This document shows, one piece after another, positions 23,131-34,617 of a DNA stretch of 36,932 bases; the first letter of the stretch is position 1, and every line of letters begins with the position of its first letter. Source of the stretch: Octopus bimaculoides (lineage: Eukaryota); NCBI RefSeq assembly GCF_001194135.2, contig NC_068982.1:182756501-182793432 (forward strand). Reading direction: 5' to 3'. The position numbers were made by a program, and so were the translations under genes. The notes below the pieces were generated by a model, which saw nothing but the letters and a program-made list of their open reading frames with translations, had not been told where the DNA came from and searched no databases.

Positions 23131-23384
23131 ACAGAATGGATACTCTTGAAGATAAATAATATTAATCGTGAGAATACTGTTTGAATATTTCTGTGAAGAT
23201 CTCAGTTAATTCTAAGTACAACAGAATGACATGGGAATAGAGAAAGATATTATATCTCCTAGTGGATATGAGTAGTCTACCTACTGTTAAAACAATTGTC
23301 TCTGATATGGGTACATGACCAGGAAATAAGGAGAAAGATTAATCTATTATCACGACTCACTGAAATTAAATGGGACACTATTCT

Positions 23385-23510
23385 ACCAGCCCCAGAAGGT
23401 GGAATGTTAAAGTGGACATCGGTGTCATTTGAACTCTGAACATAAAGAACCAAAGCAAATATAATACAATTACTTTACAAACACCTTAACGATTCCACTA
23501 ATTCAACGCC
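23385..23510 (-). mobile_element. Old SINE family A-related copy
   Basis: CCCCAGAAGGTGGAATGTTAAAGTGGACATCGGTGTCATTTGAACTCTGAACATAAAG...TAACGATTCCACTAATTCAACGCC resembles 15500-15610. Confidence 0.55.
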
Positions 23511-24189
23511 TTTAGGGGAAGTTAAAATTGAGTTAAATATTGTGGGGAGGGCTAAAAGCAAAAAGTATTTCTATCAAAATAAAGAGTAATCTGTAATTAA
23601 TTCGCTGGACACGACCCTACAACTATAACTATATTTAGGTGTGGGTATATGAATTATTTAACTAATTGCTTGAGTAAGAATATTGAGAGACTGGATTGCA
23701 TTAAACCTGAGAAGATACTGCCGCTTAGGTAATAAGTGCTCCCAAGTTATTGAGGTCACTGAAAATAGTCAAAGCATTTAAAGGCATAGCATGCACAGAA
23801 GCGAGCATATATTAGTGTGCGTAAAACATAGACAACGTGCGAGCATACATGCATGCATGCTTAACTAGCTTCTATGTTACCGTCAATAAAGTTCATTTAC
23901 AGTATAGCGACCGACAGAAGCTTATAATAAAGGACTTTTGCTCAAGGTACTGCATGGTGAGATTGAACGCTGAAAGACGAAGGTGCGACGCGACCGTTTA
24001 AATTACTCGGTCAAGTTACATATAAATAAGTGTGCGAGAATATGTATGGGTACGTGTATATGATAGAGTTTTTGTCTTTATTTTTCTTGTTTCATGATAT
24101 GACACTATAATTATTGTATAGATCACATTTTCTAGACCCACTAAGAAAACCAAACGATATCGGTTAGATAGCGGTAAGAGAAAAACGCA

Positions 24190-24380
24190 GACATGCATAG
24201 ACATATGTACATATATAAATACATACATACATTCATACACATGTACATATATAAATATATACATACACTCATACATATATACAGTACATATGAGCAAGGA
24301 TATGCATGAGAAGACGTGAAATAAAGCATACACATCTGCTCGTATACATACATACATACATACATACATACATACATACT
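24190..24380. repeat. (ACAT)n-rich low-complexity tract
   Basis: Directly visible. Confidence 0.85.
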
Positions 24381-24524
24381 CTGCTGATGTTGTTGAAATT
24401 CCAATGCAGGGGCTTTAGACCTAGGTTAGAAACCGACTCTTTCTCTATTCGCAAAAATATCTATAAATAAATCTGAATAATGGCATGCATACATCTATAT
24501 TTATATATATATTCATATATATCC

Positions 24525-24557
<33 letters not shown>

Positions 24558-25305
24558 CGCGCACTATGTGGGCTCCGTGCCATCAAAAATGACGGCTACT
24601 TGTAGTATTTTAGATAAAAATAAGGTACAAAACCAAAATTTTGGTTTAATAATTCTTTTATTACTAAATTTCTTGTGAAAAATCTAGCCGCAACTAACAT
24701 TCTTTGACTGCTTGTTTCCTTCAAACGAATTTTCAAGTTTTCCTTCCTTCTTGTCCGAGTTAAGGCCACATAAAGCTGGCCGTGACTAAATACGGGAGCT
24801 GGTAAGTAAATACCAAATACACAGAATTGAAACGCTGTCTGACTTTTCTTTTCAGCATTGAATGTTCACAATCCCATTTCCATTACACCCACACATACAC
24901 AAACACACACATACACAAGCATTCACATACATCCATTTTACATACACACACATAAATTCACACAGAGCTGAAACACTCTTTGATTTATCGTTTTCACCGT
25001 ACAGTTTCCATCATCCCACTACGAAGTATGTCATCACTCCTTCCTTCTTTATTCATCTATCACTCCTTTCTTTTTCATTCATAAACACAAGAGTATTATT
25101 ATAGTAGATTATCTCGGTAACCATGGGAGTTATGAAACAAAATACAAAGTCCAGCAAAACCACCGGATCACTCTACACATCTGTGTAATTTCTAGCACAA
25201 TTTCACCCAGCCGTTGGACCGTAAATCCTAAAAAAAAAACAACATACAAGGAAGAATCACCCATGTCAAATTTATATGTATGTGTGTGTGTATGTGTGTG
25301 TGTAT

Positions 25306-25753
25306 NNNNNNNNNNNNNNNNNNNNNNNNNNNNNNNNNNNNNNNNNNNNNNNNNNNNNNNNNNNNNNNNNNNNNNNNNNNNNNNNNNNNNNNNNNNNNNN
25401 NNNNNNNNNNNNNNNNNNNNNNNNNNNNNNNNNNNNNNNNNNNNNNNNNNNNNNNNNNNNNNNNNNNNNNNNNNNNNNNNNNNNNNNNNNNNNNNNNNNN
25501 NNNNNNNNNNNNNNNNNNNNNNNNNNNNNNNNNNNNNNNNNNNNNNNNNNNNNNNNNNNNNNNNNNNNNNNNNNNNNNNNNNNNNNNNNNNNNNNNNNNN
25601 NNNNNNNNNNNNNNNNNNNNNNNNNNNNNNNNNNNNNNNNNNNNNNNNNNNNNNNNNNNNNNNNNNNNNNNNNNNNNNNNNNNNNNNNNNNNNNNNNNNN
25701 NNNNNNNNNNNNNNNNNNNNNNNNNNNNNNNNNNNNNNNNNNNNNNNNNNNNN
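25306..25753. other. Assembly gap (N run)
   Basis: N characters. Confidence 1.
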
Positions 25754-25815
<62 letters not shown>

Positions 25816-25920
25816 TGTGTATGTGTGTATACGTATGTATGTGTATGTATGTGCGCGTGCGTGTATGTGTGTGTGAGAGAGAGAGACACACACAGACAGA
25901 CAGACAGACAAACAGATAGA
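25754..25920. repeat. (GT)n/(GA)/(CAGA)n compound microsatellite at a gap edge
   Basis: Directly visible. Confidence 0.95.
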
Positions 25921-26585
25921 GTGTGCGTAGTTAGATAATATATATTCTTCGTCCATAATCTCACTGCGTAATGAAACATAGCAGTACCACAGTTTACTAT
26001 ATATTTCAGTAAAGTCCTCTTGGTGATAAAATACTTCTTACTGCTAAATCTGAGTCATTTCAACAGAATTCTGTCTAATAACCCCCCCCCCTGACCCATG
26101 TGTCAGGGGTGGACTTTATTAATATAGTCTGTAATCAAGGTCATAGAAGACTGTCAGAGTTATTGCAATAGCATAGAAATTGCTTGATGCATTGTGCTAC
26201 GGCCCAAGTAATACTATGGTAGAGTTATAAATCATCTGTTAAGTAAGCTCCATCCCCTTAGAAAATTTAGATTATTTGAAATGGAAAAGATGAAATTATG
26301 ATTTAGATTCGTTCAACATAACGGGTGATGGTTAAAGCCGAAATATTCATTAGCATCATACGGAAGGTTTATACGAAATCAGAAGCTGCTGACCGCAATT
26401 TATGAAGGCTTTAATGCATATAAAGGATGAGTTATACTCATCCTCTGTCACCTGTAAGGTGCTCCCTCATTAATTAATAAGCGAGTTTATGACAAATGGT
26501 TCAACTTTCGGAGAAAGATGACATTTGCAACTAAACAGACGTGTGTCGCAAGAAGAACAGGCGGTATAAATTATGTATGGAATCA

Positions 26586-26633
26586 ATTCATATGATATTA
26601 TTCATATGATATTATTCATATGATATTATTCAT
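26586..26633. repeat. Tandem repeat (ATTCATATGATATT)x3.4
   Basis: Three perfect 14-bp units plus ATTCAT; each unit contains the palindrome TCATATGA. Confidence 0.95.
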
Positions 26634-27369
26634 TATTATGTACTATTGTATTTAACAGCGTTGATTATTTGTAGTAAACAGATTCGTTTCTCTATTCTCC
26701 TAAATTTTATTAGTTGTGTGCTTTCTTAGAAATTATCAACCTTTCTCGATCTCTATTTTAGGGTCGAATGAAGCATAGTACATGCTACAGCAGGCAGGAA
26801 TGAAAACTTAATTGTACAATAGCAACCAATGTTCCTTCTGTTGTAGCTAATGTCAAACCAGTGAATGGCTCAAGCTGCACATTTTGTCCAATAGAATTGC
26901 ATATTGCTTTATATTACACAGTAGTTTTTTCTTTTAAAAGTTTCAATGAACCTAATGTTCAGGGATATTTCAATCATTTCATCAAAGCAATCTTTATTAT
27001 TGATTGCATTTTTATGACATTAAATATTGTTCTTAATTGGAAGTTTTCCTTAATCGTTTTTGCTTTACAAAAATACATGATAATCACTTCTACTAGAAAA
27101 TGGATACTTTTCTTTCGGAACTAGTTTGTTTAGTTGCATCGCTTAATATCTACTTTGATGGAATAACTTGCATCTCCATACTAGACAACAAAACACTTTG
27201 TAGATGTTTTACGGAACCCAGTTCAATTCTCACTAAAATTTAGTTTACAGTTGTCTTATGTCGATAACACAATAGCTATCTACGAAAGATTTAGTTACCC
27301 TGATACGTTAGAAAAAACTGTCAATAATTCTCTATTTGCCAAACAAAAAGAGCTCCCAAATAAACTGTT

Positions 27370-27572
27370 TCAAATTTTGGCAAAGGTCAGCAGATTCTTG
27401 GAGAGGGAGATCGTCGATTATATCAACTCCAGTGCTCAACTAGTACCTATTTTACAGAACTCGATAGGACGAAATGCAAACTTGACTTCGGTGGTATTTT
27501 AACTTAAAACGTAAAGTAATGGATGAAATGCCGTTAAACATTTGGTTCTACGTGCAAATGATTCTGCCAGTA
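27370..27572 (-). mobile_element. Near full-length degenerate SINE family A copy
   Basis: GTCGATTATATCAACTCCAGTGCTCAACTAGTAC.TATTTTA...GATAGGACGAAATGCAAACTTGACTTCGGTGGTATTTTAACT...TGATTCTGCCAG aligns with the other copies. Confidence 0.75.
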
Positions 27573-30038
27573 CGGAATTACTTTGATAGGATAGACGTTC
27601 GTTGAATATATAATAACTATAATGAATATATAATAGCAGCCAAGGTTCGATTATAAGGAGTTTGTCCATGGGTTGGTATTCAAATAGCCATAGATGATAC
27701 CGTAGCCAATTCATAAAGTGCTGTAGGATACCAGTACAGCAAGTATATATTGATATAACAGAACAGTCTACATTGCATCTGTCGTTTTATCTGAAAAGGG
27801 AAAATTAAATGGACGACTAAATATGAAAAGCAGCAAGATAACATTAATGATAATTGTATATATTATAATAGTCAGTCCTTCAGCTGGAAGCTTGACATTT
27901 AGCAACTTAAGAGAATTAAAACAGACGAAAAGTTTGACGATAAATGCAATAATATCTCGGACAAAAACAACTGATACTACTAACATAACTAACAGTGTTG
28001 TCACATCTCACATGCAATAGGTAATTTCAATAGAATAAATCAACTTCTATTAGTCAAGGTTATTCTAGACTCTAACTGTTGCCAGCACCATACCAGGATG
28101 TTGGCAACAGTTCAGCTCTTCAAAAGTATATATAATTTGACTAATTCAATATTTGGCTTTAATTTTCTTCCATTAGATTTCTTATTAATTTAACAAGCTT
28201 TAACGTATGGTTGTTTACAGCTGAATATTCCTAAATATTTCCAACCCGGAATTATTTTAGTGAAGAAAGTTTCCTCATACAATATTAAAAAATGTCAAAA
28301 ATTATTGATTTTACCCACTATTTTCATGTTTATCCTGAGAATGGACCTACAGATGAGTGTTCTTCACTGTTTGTGGTGTACCGTGTAATTATATCGGCCT
28401 TTGTAGTCAAAATCGATTGCAACAGAAAAGAATCACGTTAGATTGCGATTTAATATGTGCATTACTCAAGGCTGTAGCTATTTAACTATATTTACGTGGC
28501 TAATGAGCCGGAGAAAAGAATAAAGCTCACTCAATCTAATTTCAAGCAAGTTTACCAAACAAATGTATTTCGTGCGCTATTCTGGAATACATTAACCCAT
28601 ATTGTACTCAGAAAATATTACAGAAACGATTTTAATTTTGGTAATAGCAGCAAATAGATAACTGTTTTGTTTTTATCACACGTAATCTAGAGTGATGGTG
28701 CTGGAAATGTTTGTGATATTAAAAACTAACTGTGAATAAAATGACATGTAATTACTGAAGAACCTCATCCACTCCCACTAACTTATCGAATTTATTCCCA
28801 CTTACTGCACGACTATCCTGCGCAATGCATAATATGTCTCTGCGTGTCGCATTCCCACCTCCCAAATTGCAGATGATCCTCCTGGATCTATGTCAAAATA
28901 ATCTTTACAATCTTTGCAGATTCATGCTACTGCTATATTTTAAATACAATGGTTCCGCCATAGCACACCCACTGTCTAGAAAGCTTCGTTATCTACTGCC
29001 CACTCTGTTTCTAACACCACTCTTTTCAAACATGCCCTTGTCACACCACCAGTCTCAACTACATGTATTGTTAGTCTACGTTCAAAAAACACCTCCAATG
29101 GCTGCAACCATCAGAACCATCGACCTAAACAATGTATTTTGCATTGGCCACAAATGTTGTGCTCCAAGGATAGCTTCCATCTTCGCCAGTCAATCAACTG
29201 TATCTCTACCCTCGTCTTCAGAAACATGTTCCAGGGTGTCTCATTCTAAAGTCAATTACATTAATTTCCATCACACACATTATGGGAACTTGGTAACCGT
29301 TGTTAATAACATTTTTATCATAACAGAGTGTCTATTTCACCAAAGTTTTATCTTTTCAGTTCTACAAGAATCTTGCGCTGATTGATATTCAATAGGGGAC
29401 TAATCCTGAGAGGTTCGACAAATTAACATCAACAAATCTTTTTGACTGTGTCTGGCAAGCGAATGTCAGTGGTGTGCTGCCCACATATAGGCTTCACATG
29501 GCTTATTTAACATTTGATATCAATTCTACTGTGCTACATGCTTCAGTGACGTTCCCTACACTTGTCCTGTTGACATATTGTTGTCACCTCTAACAACGCA
29601 CAGTCTTATCAAGCTGATACCACACATCTCCCATCAACTTTCTGCACACATTCGTTATCCAAATGCAACCAAGGCACTTCACACCAAACATGACCTTCGA
29701 ACGAATAGCACAAGTTTCTCGAAGAAAAATATTGCATTTTTTCCTTCCAAGATTACAAAAGCATTTTCCCTGTATAGTTTTATGTAATGTTCAATTCAAA
29801 CTCTTTAAGTAATAATAGGTGCTAGATATTAGAATCTCATTCCTTTTCCTGGAGATTTGTCTTTCTTTACATAGCAAGACTGTATCTAAAAATACAATTG
29901 AATACACTTAAACTGAATCCAAAAGAAAGCTACCCGACTGAGTGACAAAGAAAGACTCATATACATACAACGTCGTATTTATACACACATTGTCCTTTCA
30001 CTGTGTATCCTACCACTACTACAACGGTGAGTCTCAAG

Positions 30039-30117
30039 ATCTATTTATCTATTTATCTATTTATCTATCTATCTTTCTATCTATCTACCTATCTATCTAT
30101 CTATCTATCTATCTATC

Positions 30118-30174
<57 letters not shown>

Positions 30175-30247
30175 GTAAATAGGGAGGTAGGTAGATAGGT
30201 CGGTAGGTATGGAGGGAAGGAGGGAGGGAGGTGAGTACGTACGTTTG

Positions 30248-30332
<85 letters not shown>
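30039..30332. repeat. Head-to-head (ATCT)n/(AGAT)n tetranucleotide array, followed by a second (AGAT)n block
   Basis: (ATCT)n to 30117, centre ATCGAT at 30115-30120, (AGAT)n to ~30175, then a purine-rich spacer and (AGAT)n at ~30249-30332. Confidence 0.95.
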
Positions 30333-30333
<1 letters not shown>

Positions 30334-31093
30334 TCTTAATTGAACACAGCAAAGCCGCAGGGAAAAATTCATTTCATTGAATTATCGTGAATAAATGACA
30401 GTAATTAAGATGATATTTTAAGTCACTTATTAACTGACATTACATAAGTTTTACATAATTACAACACTGTTTATATAATGACATTTCAAGTATGGGAAGA
30501 AAAAAATTACATTTTATTCAACCTCTTAAATAAAACAAGGAAAGAACCAAAAACATTGAATATGTTATTTATTGACATTTTTCAGTGAATTTTCCCGAGG
30601 ATGTGTTTTTTTATTCTTTTCATATTTACATCTATTTTTTCCTTTCTATCAAGTGACTCTTGATTTTCTTTATATTGTATTCTAATATAAACCCTATTTA
30701 TACAGAAAGCCACTATCTTTAAATTATTTATCGTTATCAACACCTCCACAAATGTGATGTATCAGCTCCATTTAAGTATTCATCGTATTCATGAACTTTC
30801 ATTGACGAGAAGATAAACAATGGTTTATTCTACATGAAAATTACATTTCCATTTCTTGAACAAATGAGGTATGTAAACCTAAAATTTAAACCATTCACTA
30901 TGATGTGCCGAAAGAAAGAAAAAAGGCTATAATTGGTCGCTCGAACTCCTACTAATAGCAACGAAACCTTCCTAAAATTACTTGACTATCTTGAATGCAT
31001 TGGATAATATTAATATCACGCTTCAAAAAAATAAAAGACATGTTCACGGGTGGAAGACATCTGATCATCTGAACGAATAGTTAAGATCTAGAG

Positions 31094-31391
31094 CAGTGTT
31101 TTCTAACCTGTTTTGCCCAAGATCCCACTATAAATTTTCATAAAAACGTATGCCCCACCAGTGGTTGGAATATAAAACGTCTTTATTTTTAATATTTTAT
31201 CAAAATTATTTAATGCAAAAGAATCTTGCAGTAATTCTTTTAAGTACCGAGTACAAAAAATAGTACATTATTGACTAAGAAAAAAGGTGAATCACTTTAA
31301 TGAGAACCTTATGCCTGGCGACTACGGCACCACATCCCTCCGCAATTTTCCCAGACCAGTGGGGAATATGCCCCCACATTGGGAATTACTG
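31094..31391. mobile_element. Non-autonomous hAT-Charlie-type MITE (298 bp) with 8-bp TSD
   Basis: Ends CAGTGTTTTCTAACC and CATTGGGAATTACTG (9/15 inverted match; Charlie-like CAG ends). Flanks ATCTAGAG (31086-31093) and ATCTACAG (31392-31399) match 7/8 and fit the Charlie NTCTAGAN target consensus. Confidence 0.8.
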
Positions 31392-31966
31392 ATCTACAGA
31401 TAAACAACAACTTCAGTGATGATATTCTAAACGTTGTCTCTCCTGCTCGTCATAAATGAGTCAATTATTGTTGTTTATTCTCTCTAATTTTCTCTGGTCA
31501 TACCATAATTTTACAATGAAAATACATTTATGTTCTAGCTTAGTCTCCAGACATGGATTTGAAACTGCAATATGATACGAAAAGATGTTTAACTTCTAAT
31601 TCTTGGACGTTGATACAACTTTTATACTCTTACTTCCTAACAAATATTTGGTTGAAAAATGTCATACGATATGTTCTTCAGAATTTTGGTGAAATGTCTG
31701 AGTGTAAAAAAGTTTATTTAAATGTCACTAACGTTGATACACCTCCCATTCACGAAACAGATTTCCAAACTAATAATAATTCATTGCATATTTTTCCATT
31801 ATCTATGAACTCTACGAGTATAGATTCCTTTCAACTCATAGAAAGAATTCATTTCCTGTTCAAAATATATACCTTTGCAATATCCCTTATATATTATATT
31901 ACATACTACATGTTATATGAATATATCGTATGCATTATTATATGTCATATACAATGACACTGTATA

Positions 31967-32056
31967 CTGTATGTATGTATGTATGTATGTATGTATGTAT
32001 GTATGTATGTATGTATGTAGGTATGTATGTATTATGTGTCTATCTATCTATCTATG
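31967..32056. repeat. (ATGT)n then (ATCT)n microsatellite
   Basis: Directly visible. Confidence 0.95.
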
Positions 32057-33237
32057 TGTCACACAATAGAAGCAAAAGGGAAATTCTGGTAGCTAAACAT
32101 TCGAAATGATATTTTTATTTTTGCAGTCTGGGGCTATTTTTTTTCCTTCCTATAAATATTACAGTATTAAACTTCAAACGAATTCTATCTGTTACAAAGC
32201 TTCATACATTTGCATCAAAACTGTATTCAGTTCACAGCACATAACTTTGCATCTGTCTCTTCCATCGTACAATAATTCCTAAATGCAAATCAGGAATATT
32301 AAAGGTAATAACCTAAGGTATTTACAACTACATATGCACTAAGAAATATTAATATATTCTATCTATGCATTAAATGGATTTCTCCCTTTAATATGCTTTG
32401 ACTTTAATCTCATTTTCGTTCCATGGAGTTGTAGAATTCTCATGCTTATTAATGCTAACCTTAATTCTTGGATATAATGTCTATAATTTTATGATTCATA
32501 TTCTCCAGTTTCACTCATTACTGACATTCCGTTCAACTAGGTGATGTCTTGGCTTAACAACTGACGTTTACCTATTAGCTCCTCATACACCAACCTAATG
32601 TCATGTTTATCGAACTCTTTATTCTCTTTTTCCTTCTACTTTTCTTCACTTTCTACTGTATATTCCTGGGGTAAATCACCTGACGTCGTTATCGCACACA
32701 CGCGCCCACATCTCTTTCCTCTGAATACATTAAGTCAAGTGATTGTATTATTCAAGCAAATGTATTTCACATCGGCATTATTCAAGACAGTTACTATTAT
32801 TATTGTCCTATGTGTTCCCTACACGTCCTTCCTACAACCAAATCCTATAACTCGCACACACTCAAGCTGTTCACATGCTGCAGTGCACAAGCAAACATTC
32901 GCGCACAAACTCCTTACAAATACACACGCAAAGCACACTAAATTCACTTCTCGACAACACTAGTCTCCGGCATCATGGACAAACAGAGCAGTCTCAGTAA
33001 ATAACTGCTAAAAACCCAGCTTCAGTTTGCCATAAAGACGAGTAAGCCTCAGCATGTTTTTCAAAATTGCCAAAAATAGCAGCGAAATTGCATACAAATC
33101 ACATTAGCTCTGGATGTAACATATCTGAAATTACCATGGCCGCCTCTAGTCAATCAAGCTTCACTTGGCGTTAAGCAACAACTATAAATATAATTTGGCA
33201 AAATTTCTCACATGTAAAATATTACATTGTATATATA

Positions 33238-33304
33238 NNNNNNNNNNNNNNNNNNNNNNNNNNNNNNNNNNNNNNNNNNNNNNNNNNNNNNNNNNNNNNN
33301 NNNN
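33238..33304. other. Assembly gap (N run)
   Basis: N characters. Confidence 1.
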
Positions 33305-33339
<35 letters not shown>

Positions 33340-33504
33340 GTATATATGTATATATGTATTAATGTATGGATGGATGGATGGATGATTGATGGATGTGTGT
33401 TTGTACTTATATATAGGTATTGTGAGTGTACGTGTATGTGTATATTCACGCATATATGTGTGTGTGTGTCTGTGGGTGTGTGTATATATGTATATATTTG
33501 TGCA

Positions 33505-33672
33505 TTTGTGTCTGTTTGACAACCGATTCTGGTGTGTTTATGTCCCCGTATCTTAACGGTTCGGCAAAAGAGACCCATAGAATAAGTACCAGGCTTAAAA
33601 ATGGGTCAATTTCTTCGACGTATAGGCGGTGCTCTAGCATGGCCACTGTCAAACTGACTGAAACAAGTAAAA
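33505..33672 (+). mobile_element. 3' module of SINE family B
   Basis: Collinear with 17275-17465 (TGTTTATGTC.CCGTA, GTTCGGCAAAA, ATAAGTACCAG.CTTAAAAA, GGCGGTGC.C.AGCATGGCC, GACTGAAAC.AGTAA) and likewise preceded by a GT/AT microsatellite. Confidence 0.85.
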
Positions 33673-34500
33673 GATATATATATACACACAACGTGACAGT
33701 AAACCCTAAGCTAAAGAATGAGTAGAAAATACAAGGTAACTGTCTGCGGACCGGTTTTGAACTCTTAACAACGTGGTTACGAAACAAACAGCAAATTCAC
33801 AGACTTGTAACATTTCAATCATTAATTTTATCGACTAGTCTAGTTGCGGCAGTTGAAACGCCTAACCTTGCAATATTCCGACTCCAGACAACAAATGTGT
33901 TTTGAACCTACGGAATTGAAGAGTAGTTAAAGAAATGTCTTCAGGCGAACAATAGACGTTATTGCCAGGAATTTGACAGAACCGAATCCAAAGTTGCATG
34001 CTACGGAAATGCGACATTTCAACTATAAAACGTTTGCTTTTATACTTTTAAGCTTTTATTTTATAATTCTTCTCCTACCGATTCTATGTATCGTTTTTTT
34101 TTCTTTTCCATTTCATTCAATAATTTTATTTCTTCCTTTTCGCCAAGTATTTATTTACGAGGTTACAATGATATCCATATATACTAGAGTGTGTAATTTC
34201 CTGATCATACATACATTAAGTAAATTTCTCTATTCTGTAGATACGTATGTATGAATGCTATCTTACCTCCTCTACATAGCCAATCGCTATTTGCAAGTGT
34301 TAGAACAATAGAGTAGCAGGTAACTAACCTAGGAATAACTCGTTCAAATTTTGTCAATAGCAGTGCATTACTTCGATGACGATGACATGAAATCCAAGCC
34401 TCAAACTACCACACTTTCATTAGCTAATACCGTAGCATAATGAAAAATTTTTTTTAGCTTTAGTAATAGTTTAATGATGTGAAGTATTTTACTCACTTAC

Positions 34501-34617
34501 AGGATGGGTTGAGTTTTCTTCCTTTGTGAATCACACCATTCCTGAATCCATTTTGTCACTTTTGGGCTTAACTAAACTGAAGCACGGATTTATGTAGGAG
34601 CGATGGATGTTGGATAT
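34501..34617 (-). other. Candidate spliced exon (117 nt), non-coding or UTR
   Basis: Acceptor AATTATTTTACAG| and donor CCT|GTAAGTGAGT on the minus strand. All three frames contain a stop, so it is not an ordinary coding exon. Confidence 0.25.

Noticed and set aside
27823-28020. 65-aa ORF with a signal-peptide-like N-terminus (candidate secreted peptide)
   Set aside because: Neighbouring frames resemble an RTE C-terminus (NMKSSKITL cf. NISxKTKIRL; SFSWKL...KRIK...KC cf. ESWTL...RI.AFEMKC), and hydrophobic short ORFs are common in AT-rich DNA. Not supported as a gene.
28825-29385. 186-aa plus-strand ORF, the longest clean ORF
   Set aside because: No recognisable domain and composition typical of an antisense reading. 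The minus strand shows faint RTE 3' similarity (VETGGVTRACLKRV; PGGSSAIWEVG; AQDSR), too weak to call as a feature.
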